From: Malacoraja senta
Lineage: Eukaryota
Assembly: GCA_038087875.1 (NCBI GenBank)
Contig: JAXLNO010000073.1
Coordinates: 248,001-312,000, forward strand
DNA: 64,000 nt
Direction of reading: 5' to 3'
A program made the translations under genes and the position numbers. Under the pieces are notes generated by a model. It was given only the letters and a program-made list of their open reading frames with translations, did not search any database and was not told the DNA's origin. Shown here piece by piece: positions 12,801 through 25,611 of the stretch (its first letter is position 1; every line of letters starts with the position of its first letter).

Positions 12801-13544
12801 GGAAGTTAGTTTAGTTTTGATTAGTTTGGTTCACTTTAGTTTACTATAGTTTAGTTTAGATCTGTTTAATTTAATTTAATTTCATTTGATTTTATTTAGT
12901 TTAGTTTAGTTTAGTTTGGTAATATTTTATATATTTAGTTTAGTTTATTTTCACGTGGACCGAGATACAGTGAAAAGCTTTTTTGTTGCGTGCTAACCAG
13001 TCAGCGGAAAGACAATACATGATTACAGTCGAGCTGTCCACAGTGCACAGATACATGATAAGGGAATAACTCCCAGCGCTAGGTAAAGCCAGCAAAGTCC
13101 GATCAGGGATAGTCCGAGTGTCACCAAAGAGGTAGATAGTAGTTCAGCACTGCTCTCTGGTTGTAGTAGGTTGGTTCAGTTGGTTGATTGTGCTGCTGGC
13201 CTTGCCGAGACAGCGTGAGGTCTAAATGGAGTCAGTGGAAAGGAGGTAGACTCAAAATGCTGGAATAACTCAGCGGGACAGGCAGCATCTCTGGAGAGAA
13301 GGAGTGGGTGACGTTTCGGGTCGAGACCCTTCTTCAGTTGAAGAGAGGTTGGTTTGTGCGATGGTCAGGGCTGCGTCCACAACTCGCTGACATTTCTTGC
13401 AGTCCTGGATGGAGCTGTGCCCTAACCATGCCGCAATGCAATCCTGACAAAATGTTTACCATGGCACATCTGTAGAAGTTGGTAAGAGTTGTTGGGGAGA
13501 TGTGTGGGAAGAAACATGGGAGGGGAGCTTTAAAAGGCAGAATA

Positions 13545-14205
13545 ACAGTGAAAAAAGCAAGCGGCATGCTGGCCTTCATTGCGAGAGGATTTGAGTTAAG
13601 GAGCAAGGAGGTCCTTCTGCAGTTTTACAGGGCCCTGGTGAGACCGCACCTGGATTCTTCTGTGCATTTTCGGTCTAATTTGAGGAAAGACATTCTTGTA
13701 ATTGAGGGAGTGCAGCGTAGGTTCACCAGGTTAATTCCCGGGATGGCGGGACTGACATATGATGAAAGAATGGATCGACTGGGCTTGTGTTCACTGGAAT
13801 TTAGTAGGATGAGAGGGGATCATAGAAACATATAAAGTTCTTAAGGGCTTGGACAGGCAAGATGCAGGAAAAAATGTTCCCCGTGTTGGGGGAGCCCTAA
13901 ACCAGGGGTCACAGTTTAAGAATAAGCGGTTGGCCATTTAGGACTGAGATGAGGAAAAACGTTTATCACCCAGAGAGTTGTGAATCTGTGGAATTCTCTG
14001 CCACAGAAGGCAGTGGAGGCCAATTCACTGGATGTTTTCAGTAGGGTTAGATTTAGCTCTTAGTGCTAAAGGAATCAAGGGATATGGTGAGAAAGCATGA
14101 ACGGGGAACTGATTCAGGATGATCAGCTATGATCATATTGAATGGCGGTGCTGGCTCGAAGGGACGAATGTCCTACTCCGTCACCTATTTTCTACGTTTC
14201 TATGT
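13545..14205 (+). mobile_element. CR1/HER1-like LINE 3' part (duplicate at ~23900-24565)
   Basis: KKASGMLAFIARGFELRSKEVLLQFYRALVRPHL...RRFTRLIPGM, followed by the 3' UTR. Confidence 0.85.
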
Positions 14206-15302
14206 TCCTATAAAGTGGGGCACTCGGCATGGGAGCTGAGCGTATGGGGGAGAGTGCGTCATGGTGACTGGGCCAGTGGGAGATGGTGGAACAAATGTGG
14301 TCACATCGCGGTGGGGGTCAGTGAAAAGAGAGGGAGGGTCGGAGGTCGAGACCTCTCTCTCCAGTGTCTGCTCAAAATTCAGTATCACAAGTTCACAGAT
14401 TCACAAGTTATAGGAGTAGAATTAGGCTATTCGGCCTATCGAGTCCACTCCGCCATTCAATTATGGCTGATCTCTGCCTCCTAAGCCCATTCTTCTGCCT
14501 TCTCCCCATAACCCTTGACACCCGTACTAATCAAGAATCTATCTATCTCTGCCTTAAAACTATGCATTGACTTGGCGTCCACAACCCTCTGTGGCAATGG
14601 GTTCCACAGGTTAACTACCCGACGACCTCCTCACCACATATCTAGAATAGCACCCCTAGCTCCACCAGGACCCGTCCAGGACCAGAGGTCACGGCCTCGG
14701 AATTAAATGATGTTCCTTTACGAAGGAGATGAGGAGGAATTTATTTAGCTAGATGGTGTTGAATCTGTGGAGTTCTTTGCGATGGAAGGCTGCGGAGGTC
14801 ACTTCAATGGGAAATGTTAAGGCAGAGATAGATGTATATATTAGATTAGTGCGGGTATCAGTGGTTATGGGGAAGGCAGAAGAATTTGGTTAGGAGGGAG
14901 AGATAGATCAGCCATGATTAAATGGTGAAGTAGACTTGATGGGCCGAATGGCCTATTTCTGCTCCTCGAACTAATGGACATGATCTTCTCCGCTGTGAAT
15001 CGCAACACCATCGTGATCACAAGGTGATAAATGATAGGAGTAGCATGAGGCCATACGGCCCATCAAGTCTGCCATTCAATCATGCCTGATCTACCTCTCC
15101 CTCCTAACCCCATTCTCCTGCCTTTTCCTCATAACACCTGACACTCGCACTATTCAAAAATCTATCTATCTCTGCCTTAACATTATCCACTGGCTTGGCC
15201 TCCACAGCCGTCTGTGGCAAAGAATTCCACAGATTCACCACCCTCTGATTAAAGACTCCCCCACTGGTGGAAACATCCTCTCCACATCCACTCTCTCCAA
15301 GT

Positions 15303-15960
15303 CTTTCGCTGTCTATTGCCGAGGGAGCTGCGGCCTCGCCGGCTGCCTGGTGTCCATGGCCTGGGCTGGCCTGCGGGTCAGCAGATTCTCCGTGGTCCTC
15401 AACCACCTGGGCTCGCTCTTCTTCCCCCGCCTCCTCCCTCCTGCATTACGGCGTCCGCGCCCTCAATAGCATCGCCGTGGACCCTTCGGTGTGGCTTTTA
15501 CCTCCGTCCTCTTCATCGCCTTCTGCTGCCCGCGGTTCAAGCCATGCTACTGCACGGCGGAAGAAACGTGGACACGGGTGGTCAGCACCTTGGTCAGCTA
15601 CCAGCAAAATATCCTGCGCTACTTCACCTAGCCCCGGCACGTTCCCGGCCTGTCACTATGCTCGAAGTCCCTTTGGGCCCGTGTACAGTACATGTGGCCG
15701 GCAACGGTGCACACCCCACGCAACTGCTACGTGGGTATTCTGCTGCTCAACGCCCTCACCGTCCACCGCATCTTGGTGGCAAGTGCTTCCGCGGTACCGG
15801 TGGTCAATAGGTGGGCCCCGAGATGGAGAACAGGAGGAGGTCCATCGTTCTTCTATTCGGCATCTCTGGCAGCTTCGTGGTCCTGTGGATCACCGCATGT
15901 GGTGGTCTTCGTGATGGAGGAGACGCTGATGGACATGTCCACCATGGCCACGGACACCCA
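15303..15960 (+). pseudogene. Highly decayed GPR139-like exon 2 relic, plus strand
   Basis: Across frames: CRGSCGLAGCLVSMA, VDPSVWL, FIAFCCPRFKPCYCT, ILLLNALTVHRILVAS, PEMENRRRSIVLLFGISGSFVVLWIT. Multiple deletions and frameshifts, flanked by CR1 fragments. Confidence 0.85.
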
Positions 15961-15979
15961 GGCTGGGACCATGCTGATG

Positions 15980-17145
15980 CCACAGAGTCATAGAGTGATA
16001 CAGCGAGGAAACGATCCCTTCGGCGCAACATGCCCATACCGCCCAACATGTCCCAGCTACACCAATCCCACCTGCCAGCATTTGCTCCATATCCCTCTAA
16101 CCTGGTCTTACCCATGTACCTGTCTAAATGCGTATTAAATGTTGGGATAGTCCCTGCCTCAACTACCTCCTCTGTCAGCTTGTTCCATACACCCACCACC
16201 CTCTGTGTGAAAACCCCTCAGATTCATGTTAATTCTTTTCCCTTTAACATTGAACCTATGTCCTCTGGTCCTCGAATCCCCTACTTTGGGCAAGAGACTC
16301 CGTGCATCTACCTGATGCATTTAACTATCCTCTCATGATCGTATGCACCTATATAAGATCACCCCTCGTCCTCCTGCTCTCCAATGGATAGAGTCCCAGT
16401 CTATTCTGCCCATAGCTCAGACGCTCTATTCGTGGCAACATCCTTGTAAATCTTCTCTGAACCCTTTCCAGCTTGACAAAATCATTCCTATAACGCGGTG
16501 CCCCGAACTCAACACAATATTCTAAATTTGGCCTCAACAACATCTTATACAACTTTAACATGACTTCCCAACTTCTATACTCAATAATTTGACTGAGAAT
16601 GGACAATGTACTAAACGCTGTTTGGACCGCCTTATCTACCTGTGACGACACCTTCAAGGAACTATGCACCTGCAGTCCTAGATCTCTCTGCTCTACAACT
16701 CTACCCAGAGACCTACCATTTACGGTGTAGGTCCTGCCCTTGTTAGACTTCCAAACATGCAACACCTCACATGTTTCTGTATTATATTCCATCAACCATT
16801 CCTCAGCCCACTTGGCAAATCAATCATGATCCTGCTGCAATTTTTCTCAACCATCTTCACTATATGCAAAACCACCGACTTTTGTATCATCAGCAAACTT
16901 GATAATCTTGCCTGTATGTTCTCATCCAAATCATTGATGTAGATGACGGCCAGTAACGGGCCCAGCACCGAACCCTGTGGCACACCACTAGTCACGGGAC
17001 TCCAGTCTGAGAAGCAATCTGCCACCATCACCCTCTGATTGCTTCCATTTGCTATCCATTCAGCTATCTTTTCTTGGAGCCCATGCGGTCTTACCTTCCA
17101 GAGCAGCCTACCATGCAGAACCGTGTCGAATGCTTTGCTAGTCCA
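15980..17145 (-). mobile_element. CR1-like LINE RT/3' part (duplicate at ~26295-27470)
   Basis: [26 protein letters not shown] and RRFTRMLP motifs, with frameshifts. Confidence 0.88.
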
Positions 17146-19133
17146 TGGAACATTGGGGAACATCGGCGAGGAGGTTGACTGGACTTTGGTTCCTTCCCTC
17201 ACAGTGGGGAACTTTGAGCAGAATGGCGAGCGGAAAGATCATGTGGTATATTCAGATTGTGTAGGAAGGAAATGCAGATGCTGGTTTAAACGAAAGATAG
17301 AAACAAAATGCTTGAGTAACTCAGCGGGACAAGCAGCACCTCTGGAGAGACGTTTGGGTCCAGACCCTTCTTCAGACTACAAAATATATACTATGAGACT
17401 ACAGAATGTGGCACCCATCTTAGCTTAGTAGTGCTTCTTCTGGATGCGTGACCGAATGTGCCTAGTTCACTTGTAACCAATATATACAGGTATCTCCACC
17501 CTCCAAGGCGTGTTGCAATCACGGGCAATTAGGGAAAGGGTACAGACAAGATATAAGAATAAGGGGTAAGCCGTTCAGAACGGAGATGAGGAAACACTTG
17601 TTCACGTAGAGAGTTGTCAGTCTGTGGAATTCTCTGCCTCAGATGGGCGGTGGAGGCCGGTTCTCTGGATACTTGCAAGAGAGAACTAGATAGGGATCTT
17701 AAAGATAGCGGAGTCAGGGGATATGGGGAGAAGGCAGAAACGGGGTACTGATTGGAGATGATCAGCCATGATGAAAGTGAATGGCGGTATGGCCTACTCC
17801 TTCGCCTATTGTCTATTGTCTATTGTCTATTTACGAGGCTGTCCTGACTAGATGGTGTGAGGTACAGGGAAAGGTTTAATAGGCTGTGAGTCTATTCCTT
17901 GGAGCGCGAGAGGATGAAGGGAGATCTTATAGCGGTGTATAAAATCATGAGAGGAATAGATCGGGTAGATGCATTCTTGCCCAAAGTAGGTGCATCGAGG
18001 ATAGACACAAAATGTTGGAGTAACTCTGAGGGACAGGCAGCATCTCTGCAGAGAAGAAATGGGTGACGTTTCGTGTCGAGACCCTTCCTCAGACTGACAG
18101 GGGAAGGTTATGGTGTGAACATAGGACAAAGAGAATGAAGATCAAGGAAAATGTAGAATAGATCATTGTTAGCTGGGAGAAGGTAAAAACAGCCAAACAA
18201 ACAGAGGTGAAAGGTACTGGGAGACAGTAAGACTGGTGGCAGAACAGGGGAAGGGATGGAGAGAGGGGGAAAGCAAGGGTTTCTTGAAGTTAGTGAAGTC
18301 AATGTTCATACCGCTGGGGTGTAAGGTGCCTAAAGCGAAATATGAGGTGCTGTTCCTCCAATTTGCGCTCGGCCTCACTCTGACAGTGGAGGAGGGTCAG
18401 GACAGAAAGGTCAGTGTGGGAATGGTAGGGAGAGTTAAAGTGTTTGGCAACCGGGAGATCAGGTAGGTTTAGGCGGGGTGAGTGAGGGTGTTCAGTGAAA
18501 CGATCGCCGAGCCTGCGTTTGGTCTCGCCGATGTTTCAGAGTCCACACCTGGAACAGCGGATACAGTAGATGAGGTTGGAGGAGTATGAAAGGAAGCTCT
18601 ATCTTCACTGGCACCTCCTCCCAGCTCACCTACTGCATCCGCTGTTCTTTGCTTGTCACCAAGTAATATCACTGCCTCCGGAGGTTTGTTATAGTAATTG
18701 GCAAGTCTCTTGATTTAAAATATAGTAAACGCGAATTAACTTATCTTACTGAGAAGTCGATAACATTCGGCAAATAACTAATGCGGAAGCGAAGATAATG
18801 TATCTGATTGATTATCATTTGGCTATAAATATGCAATTGATATAAATAACCTTCCGATCTCGACTACGGGTGCTTGTCTGTACGGAGTTGGTACGTTCTC
18901 CACCGTGACCACGTGGGTTTTCTCCGCCAGCTCCGGTTTCTATCCGCACTCCAAAGACGGACAGGTTTGTGGGTTAATTGGCCTGGTATCAATGTAAAAG
19001 TTTCACTAGTGTGCGTAGGATTGTGTTAATTTGCGGGTGTCTCTGGTCTGTGCGGACTCGATGGGCCGAAGGGCCTGTTTCCGCGCTGTATCTCTAAACT
19101 AAACTAAACTAAACTGAACTAAACTAAACTAAA

Positions 19134-20050
19134 CTAAACTAAATCCAAGAGTAAATCGCGCTGTTTAAACATTTGAGCAATTAGGTCCAATGGGCATTCC
19201 ATCAGGTTTTTCCCCTCATTCCTGAATTTGGTCTGGATTATGGCATAAATAAATGTGTTTGTGCAGCAGCACAGGGGAACCAACATGTATCCAGCCTCTT
19301 GGACAATGTACACAGGGTCGCTGTTACTCGTCTGGTCGTAAGCGTTTGCAACTCGAATGTAGAGGTAATGCGCTGCAGAGGTCGCCCACAAGAGGACGAA
19401 ACTGCCGGATATGGTCAGAAGTAAGACGATAGATTTCTTCCGGTTCGCTGTCTCGGGGTCACTCTCGGCTTTGGAACGGAGGGCTTTGCGGATCCTGTTG
19501 GCCACCAAAATATGCTTCACTGTCAGCGCGTTGAAGAGGGAAATTAAAATCAGCGGCACAAACAGAGTTAGGGTGTGGTTGAGAAATGAAAAGGCGCCCC
19601 ACTGTTTTGTAGAGAAATAATTGGAGATGAAAATGCAATACCACGGTGTGTTGTCTACAATATACAAGGGTTTAAATGCAAAGTACCAAGGGATGTTTCC
19701 GATACAGCTCAGAACACACACGATCCCAATAACCGCCCCCGCCGTCTCCTTCCTGCAGTACTTGCTTCTCATGTTCTGGCAGCAGATGGCTACAAAGCGG
19801 TCGAAGGTGAAGGCGACTGTTAACGAAACAGAACTGTCCTTGGCGGCGTGAATTAGGACCGTTTTGAGGCTGCACAGCGGCGTGAAGGAGAGGAAGCTGG
19901 CGGGGAAAGATACTCCGATTATCCGGCTCAGGACAACGCTGGTGAGAACGACCAGCAGATCCGCTGCTGACATCGACAGCAGGTAACGGGTGATACAGGC
20001 GGAGAGACCGCACTTTCCTCGGGACAGGACCGCAATTGCCATCGCGTTCA
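19134..20050 (-). CDS. GPR139-like exon 2, copy C, open reading frame (possibly decaying)
   Basis: ~305 codons with an intact phase-1 acceptor. About 25 amino-acid differences from copy A, including TM3 W>S and TM7 L>P. Stop codon lies in the SINE tail. The exon-1 segment of unit B has no counterpart in unit C. Confidence 0.8.
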
Positions 20051-20737
20051 CTGGAAGGAGGAAGGGCAGCGGTTAACAGGGGCGGCAGGGGGGCGGGAGG
20101 GAGGCGCAGAGGGAGAGTTGCTGCCTCACAGCGCAAGAGTCCCGGATTCGATCCAGACCACAGGCGCTTGTCTGCACGGAGTTTGTATGTTCTCCCCGTG
20201 AACTGCGTAGGTTTTCTCCGGGATCTCCGCTTTCCTACCGCTCTCCCAAGACGTACTGTTTGTACATTAATTGACGTGGTGTAATTGTAAATTGTCCCTA
20301 GTGTGTCTGGTGTAGAGTTAGTATGCGGGGATCGCTGATCAGCGCGGACTCGGTGGCCGAAGGGCCTGCCTCCGCGCTGTATTTCGCAAACTAATCTAAA
20401 CTAAACTAAAAATAACTTGCTTTGGGAGGCAAGTGTTTGCATTACTTATTAGGGTGACAGTTTAATTAGTGCATATTTTGCGGCCGTCTATGCAGGTGCA
20501 AACCGAAAATAGACACAAACAGCTGGAGTAACTAAGCGGGTCAGAGTGCATCTCTGGAAAAAGGGAATAGATGACGTTTCGGGTCGAAACCCTTCTTCAG
20601 TTATATGACTTCAAGTAACACTTGCACCCCTCTCTCTCCGACCCGGCCCCACCCATCCAAGCGTTGTACTAGTTTCAAAGTTGTCTTGTTGAGTCTCATT
20701 TTCTGTAACTCGTTCTCACCCAACAAACAGCTAACAA

Positions 20738-21194
20738 GTGAGACCAAGCGGAGGCTTGGCGATCGTTTCGCCGAACACCTCCGGTCGGTCCGCAATAACC
20801 AACCTGAACTCCCGGTGGCTCAGCACTTCAACTCCCCCTCCCATTCCGTATCTGACCTCTCTGTCCTGCGTCTCCTCCATGGCCACAGCGAGCAACACCG
20901 TAAATTGGAGGAAATGCACCTCATATTCCGCTTGGGCAGTCTACATCCTGGTGGCCTGAACGTTGAATTCTCCCAATTCTGCTAGCCCTGGCTGTCCCCT
21001 CCCCTTCATCAGCCATCTGATTGTCTCCTCCCCTCCCACAGCCCTCGGGCTCCTCCTCCGCCTTTTCCTTTTTTCCTTTCTTCTCCCCACCCCCTATCAG
21101 TCTGAAGAAGGGTTTCGGCCCGAAACGTTACCTATTTCCTTCGCTCCATAGATGCTGCTGCACCCGCTGAGTTTCTCCAGCATTTTTGTGTACC
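20738..21194 (+). mobile_element. Young Penelope-like insertion with 12-bp TSD
   Basis: ETKRRLGDRFAEHLRSV...HFNSPSH...LIFRLGSLHPGGLN (GIY-YIG C-terminus). TSD aacagctaacaa at 20726-20737 and 21195-21206. Absent at the paralogous site (~12100). Confidence 0.85.
21098..21132 (+). ncRNA. Minimal type I hammerhead ribozyme-like motif in a Penelope terminal repeat
   Basis: CUGAAGA (21102-21108), extra A, stem II GGGU-UUCG-GCCC, GAAA, palindromic ACGU minimal stem III. Stem I pairing is weak. Confidence 0.55.
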
Positions 21195-21649
21195 AACAGC
21201 TAACAATGGCCTGTTTCTTTTATCACCGTTGCTCTTGTTGCAGATCTTTCATTCATTTGTTCTATTTCTCTGTCAATCACAATTTATATCTATATCGCCA
21301 TATTTTTCTCTTGTTTTCCCTTTCCCCTCAAGTCCCAAGAAGGGTCTCAACCACAAACGTCACCTATTCCTGTTCTCCAGAGATGCTGCCTGACCCGCTG
21401 AGTTACTCTAGCTTTGCGTGTAAGCTGCCCAAGCGAAATATGACGTGCTGTTCCTCCAATTTGCGCTGGGCCACACACTGACAGTGGAGGTGGTGCAGGA
21501 CAGAAAGGTCAGTGTGAGAATGAGAGGGGGCGTTAAAGTGTTTAGCATCCGGGAGATCGGTAGGTCAACTAAGCGATAGACGGGTCTACAACACACTAAT
21601 TTAATTTAATTTAATGTAATTTAATTTAATTTAATGTAATTTACACGAG

Positions 21650-22910
21650 CTGAATCCCACACACTATGGACGATTTGCGATATTTACAGGAGCCAATTAA
21701 CCTACAAACATGTACGTCTTTGGGGTGTGCGAGAAACCCGGAGCACCCACAAGAAACCCACGACATCACAGTGCAAACTCCGAACAAATAGCACCCGCGA
21801 ACCGGGAACTCTGGCGCTATGAGGCAGCAACTCTACCGCTGTGCCATCGTGCCGCGCGGATTGGTGGGGGTAAGAACTTGAGGATGAATGAGTGGAGGGC
21901 GGAGGGTGAAGGGGAGGAGATGGGAGAAGCAGCGGACAAAGAGCAGGAGGAGGGTGTAGGGAGGAGGATGAGGAGGACGGGAGGAACATCTGAGTCGGCG
22001 ATAGAACTGCAACCTTACAGCGCCAGAAACCCGGGTTCGATCACGACCACGGGTGCTGTCTGTACGGAGTTTGCACGTTCTCCTCGTGACCTGCGTGGGT
22101 TTTGTCCGAGATCTTCGGTTTCCTCCCACACTCCAAAGACGCGCAGGTTTGTAGGTTAATTGGCTTGGTGTAAACGTTTTAAGAACAGGTCCCTCGTGTG
22201 TGTGGGGTAGTGTTAACTTGCGGGGATCGTTGGCCGGTGCGGACTCCATGGACCACAAGGGCCGTTTCCGCGCTGTATCTCTAAAAACTATTAAAACTAA
22301 AAAAAGAAATAGATCCTCAGGGATTTTGAAAGCGCGGATGGAAGTAAATCGCCACCTGGTGGACGAAGCTAGAATTGCAGCCATCGTTTTACATAAAATA
22401 ACTCTCGAATTCTCCAAATTACGATTGAGAATATTCTCTCTCTCTCTCTCACCAGATCGTGTTTTTGAAACTCCCCTCTTTAAATGAAATGGAAATAGAG
22501 CTGTGTAGGAAGGAACTGCAGGTGCTGGTTTAAACCGAAGAAAGACACAAAATGCTGGAGTAACTCAGCGGGTCAGGCTGCATTTCTGGATTGAAGGAAT
22601 GAATGATGTTTCGGGTCGAGACCCTTCTTTTTGTAGGAGATAGATCTGTATTCAGTTTTAGTTCTATTAGTCTTAGAGATACAGCGCGGAAACAGGCCCT
22701 TCGGCCCACCGAGACCGCTGCGGCCAAGATTCCCCGCACGCTAACACTACCCTACACACACTAGGGACATTTTTTACATTTACACCAAGCCAATTAACCT
22801 ACAAACCTATACGTCTTTGGATTGTGGGAGGAAACCGAAGCACCCGGAGAAAACTCACGCAGGTCACGGGTAGAATGTACAAACTCTGTACAGACAGCAC
22901 CCGTGGTCAG
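21650..22910. mobile_element. Three V-SINE copies (minus ~21650-21855, plus ~21995-22300, minus ~22660-22910) and a purine-rich simple repeat
   Basis: Match to the HE1-like sequence seen elsewhere in the window. Confidence 0.75.
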
Positions 22911-25611
22911 CGGGCTTCTTGAGGCTAACTGTAAAATTAGCATCGATTAAAATTGGTGCAGAGCGCGAACGTTGGGAGATAAACTATGGAGGACAATCAA
23001 TCTTGTGAATCTTTGGAATCCTCGCTGCAAAAACTGCTGAACTATGATCATTGGATATGTAAGAAGGAACTGCAGATGCTGGTTTAAATCGTAGGCACAA
23101 AATGCTGGAGTAACTCAGCTGGACATGTAGCCTCACTGGAGAGAAGGAATGGGTGGCGTTTCGGGTCAAGACTCACATTTTGTGTCAATGATCATTGTGT
23201 TATGAATTGAACATCAACGACCGCTACAGATGATAAGGAGAGGGAAGGGTGCCAATGAGGAAAGAAGACCTGGATAGAAACGTCACGCCAAAAGGAAGGA
23301 TTTTTTATTTATTTAGTTTAGTTTATTTTCACGTGTACCGAGATACAGTGAAAAGCTTTTTTGTTGCGTGCTAACCAGTCAGCGGAAAGACAACACATGA
23401 TTACAGTCGAGCTGTCTACAGTGCACAGATACATGGTTAGGGAATAGCTCTCAGCGCAAGGTAAAGGCAGCAAAGTCCGATCAGGGATAGTCCGAGGGTC
23501 ACCAAACAGGTACATAGTAGTTCAGCACTGCTCTCTGGTTGTAGTAGGTTGGTTCAGTTGCCGAGACAGCATGAGGTCTAAATGGAGTCAGTGGAAAGGA
23601 GGTAGACTCAAAATGCTGGCATAACTCAGTGGGACAGGCAGCATCTCAGGAGAGAAGGAATGGGTGACCTTTCGGGTCGAGACCCTTCTTCAGTTGAAGG
23701 GAGGTTGGTTTGTGCGATGGTCAGGGCTGCGTCCACAATTCGCTGACATTACTTGCAGTCCAGGATGGAGCTGTGCCCTAACCATGCCGCAATGCAATCC
23801 TGACAACATGTTTACCATGGCGCATTTGTAGAAGTTGGTAAGTGTTGTTGGGGAGATGTGTGGGAAGGAACATGGGAGGCGAGCTTTAAAATGCAGAATA
23901 ACTGTGAAAAAAGCAAATGGCATGTTGGCCTTCATTGCGAGAGGATTTGAGTTTAGGAGCAAGGAGGTCCTACTGCAGTTGTACAGGGCCCTGGTGAGAC
24001 CGCACCTGGATTATTCTGTGCATTTTTGGTCAAATTTGAGGAAAGACATTCTTGTAATTGAGGGAGTGCAGCGTAGGTTCACCAGGTTAATTCCCGGGAT
24101 GGCGGGACTGACATATGATGAAAGAATGGATCGACTGGGCTTGTGTTCACTGGAATTTAGAAGGATGAGAGGGGATCATAGAAACGTATAAAGTTCTTAA
24201 GGCATTGGACAGGCAAGATGCAGGAAAAATGTTCCCCATGTTGGGGGACTCCTGAACCAGGGTTCACAGTTTAAGAATAAGGGGTTGGCCATTTAGGACT
24301 GAGATGAGGAAAAACGTTTATCACCCAGAGAGTTGTGAATCTGTGGAATTCTCTGCCACAGAAGGCAGTGGAGGCCAATTCATTGGATGTTTTCAGTAGA
24401 GAGTTACATTTAGCTCTTATTGCTAACGAAATCAAGGGATATGGTGACAAAGCATGAACGGGGAACTGATTCTGGATGATCAGCTATGAACATATTGAAT
24501 TGCGGTGCTGGCTCGAAGGGCCGAATGTCCTACTCCGTCGCATATATTCTACGTTTCTATGTTCCTATAAAGTGGGGCATTCGGCATGGGAGCTGAGCGT
24601 ATGGGGGAGAGTGCGTCATGGTGACTGGGCCAGTAGAAGATGGTGGAACAAATGTGGTCACATCGCGGTGGGGGTCAGTGAAAAGAGACAGACCTCTCTC
24701 TCCAGTGTCTTCTCAAAATTCCAGTATGACAAGTTCACAGATTCACAAGTTATAGGAGTAGAATTAGGCTATTCGTCCCATCGAGTCCACTCCGCCATTC
24801 AATTATGGCTGATCTCTGCCTCCGAATCCCATACTTCTGCCTTCTCCCCATAACCCTTGACACACGTACTAATCAAGAATCTATCTATCTCTGCCTTAAA
24901 AATATGCATTGACTTGGCGTCCACAACCCCCTGTGGGAATTCGTTGCACAGATTAACTACCCTACGACCTCCTCACCACCTTTCTAAAATAGCACCCCTA
25001 GCTCGACCAGGACCAGTCCAGGACCAGAGGTCACAGCCTCGGAATTAAAGGATGTTCCTTTAGGAAGGAGATGAGGAGGAATTTCTTTAGTCAGAAGGGG
25101 TTATGGGGTAGGCAACAGAATTTGGTTAGGAGGGAGAGATAGATCAGCCATGATTAAATGGTGAAGTAGACTTGATGGGCCGAATAGCCTAATTCTGCTC
25201 CTAGAACTAATGGACATGATCATCTCCGCTGTGAATCGCAACACCATCGTGATCACAAGGTGATAAGTGATAGGAGTAGCATGAGGCCATAAGGCCCATC
25301 AAGTCTACTCTGCCATTCAATCATGCCTGATCTACCTCTCCCTCCTAACCCAATTCTCCTGCCTTTTCCTCATAACCCGCACTAATCAAAAATCTATCCA
25401 TTTCTGCCTTAACATTATCCACTGGATTGGCCTCCACAGCCGTCTGTGGCAACGAATTCCACAGATTCACCACCCTCTGACTAAAGAAATTCCTCCTCAT
25501 CTCCTTCCTAAAAGAACGCTCTTTAATTCTGAGGCTGTGACCTCTGGACCTAGACTCCCCCACTGGTGGAAACATCCACTCCACATCCACTCCACATCCA
25601 CTCTATCCAGG

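Larger units (their letters stand above)
8906..17215. repeat. Tandem duplication unit B (~8.3 kb)
   Basis: Colinear with 17216-27539: same order of LINE, Penelope, GPCR exon 2, SINE, plus-strand GPCR relic and CR1. Roughly 90-95% identical by eye. Confidence 0.9.

Noticed and set aside
14255..14325. Possible decayed exon 1 of the plus-strand relic (VTGPV../IAVGV; duplicate at ~24615)
   Set aside because: Position fits, but it is frameshifted and too short to support.
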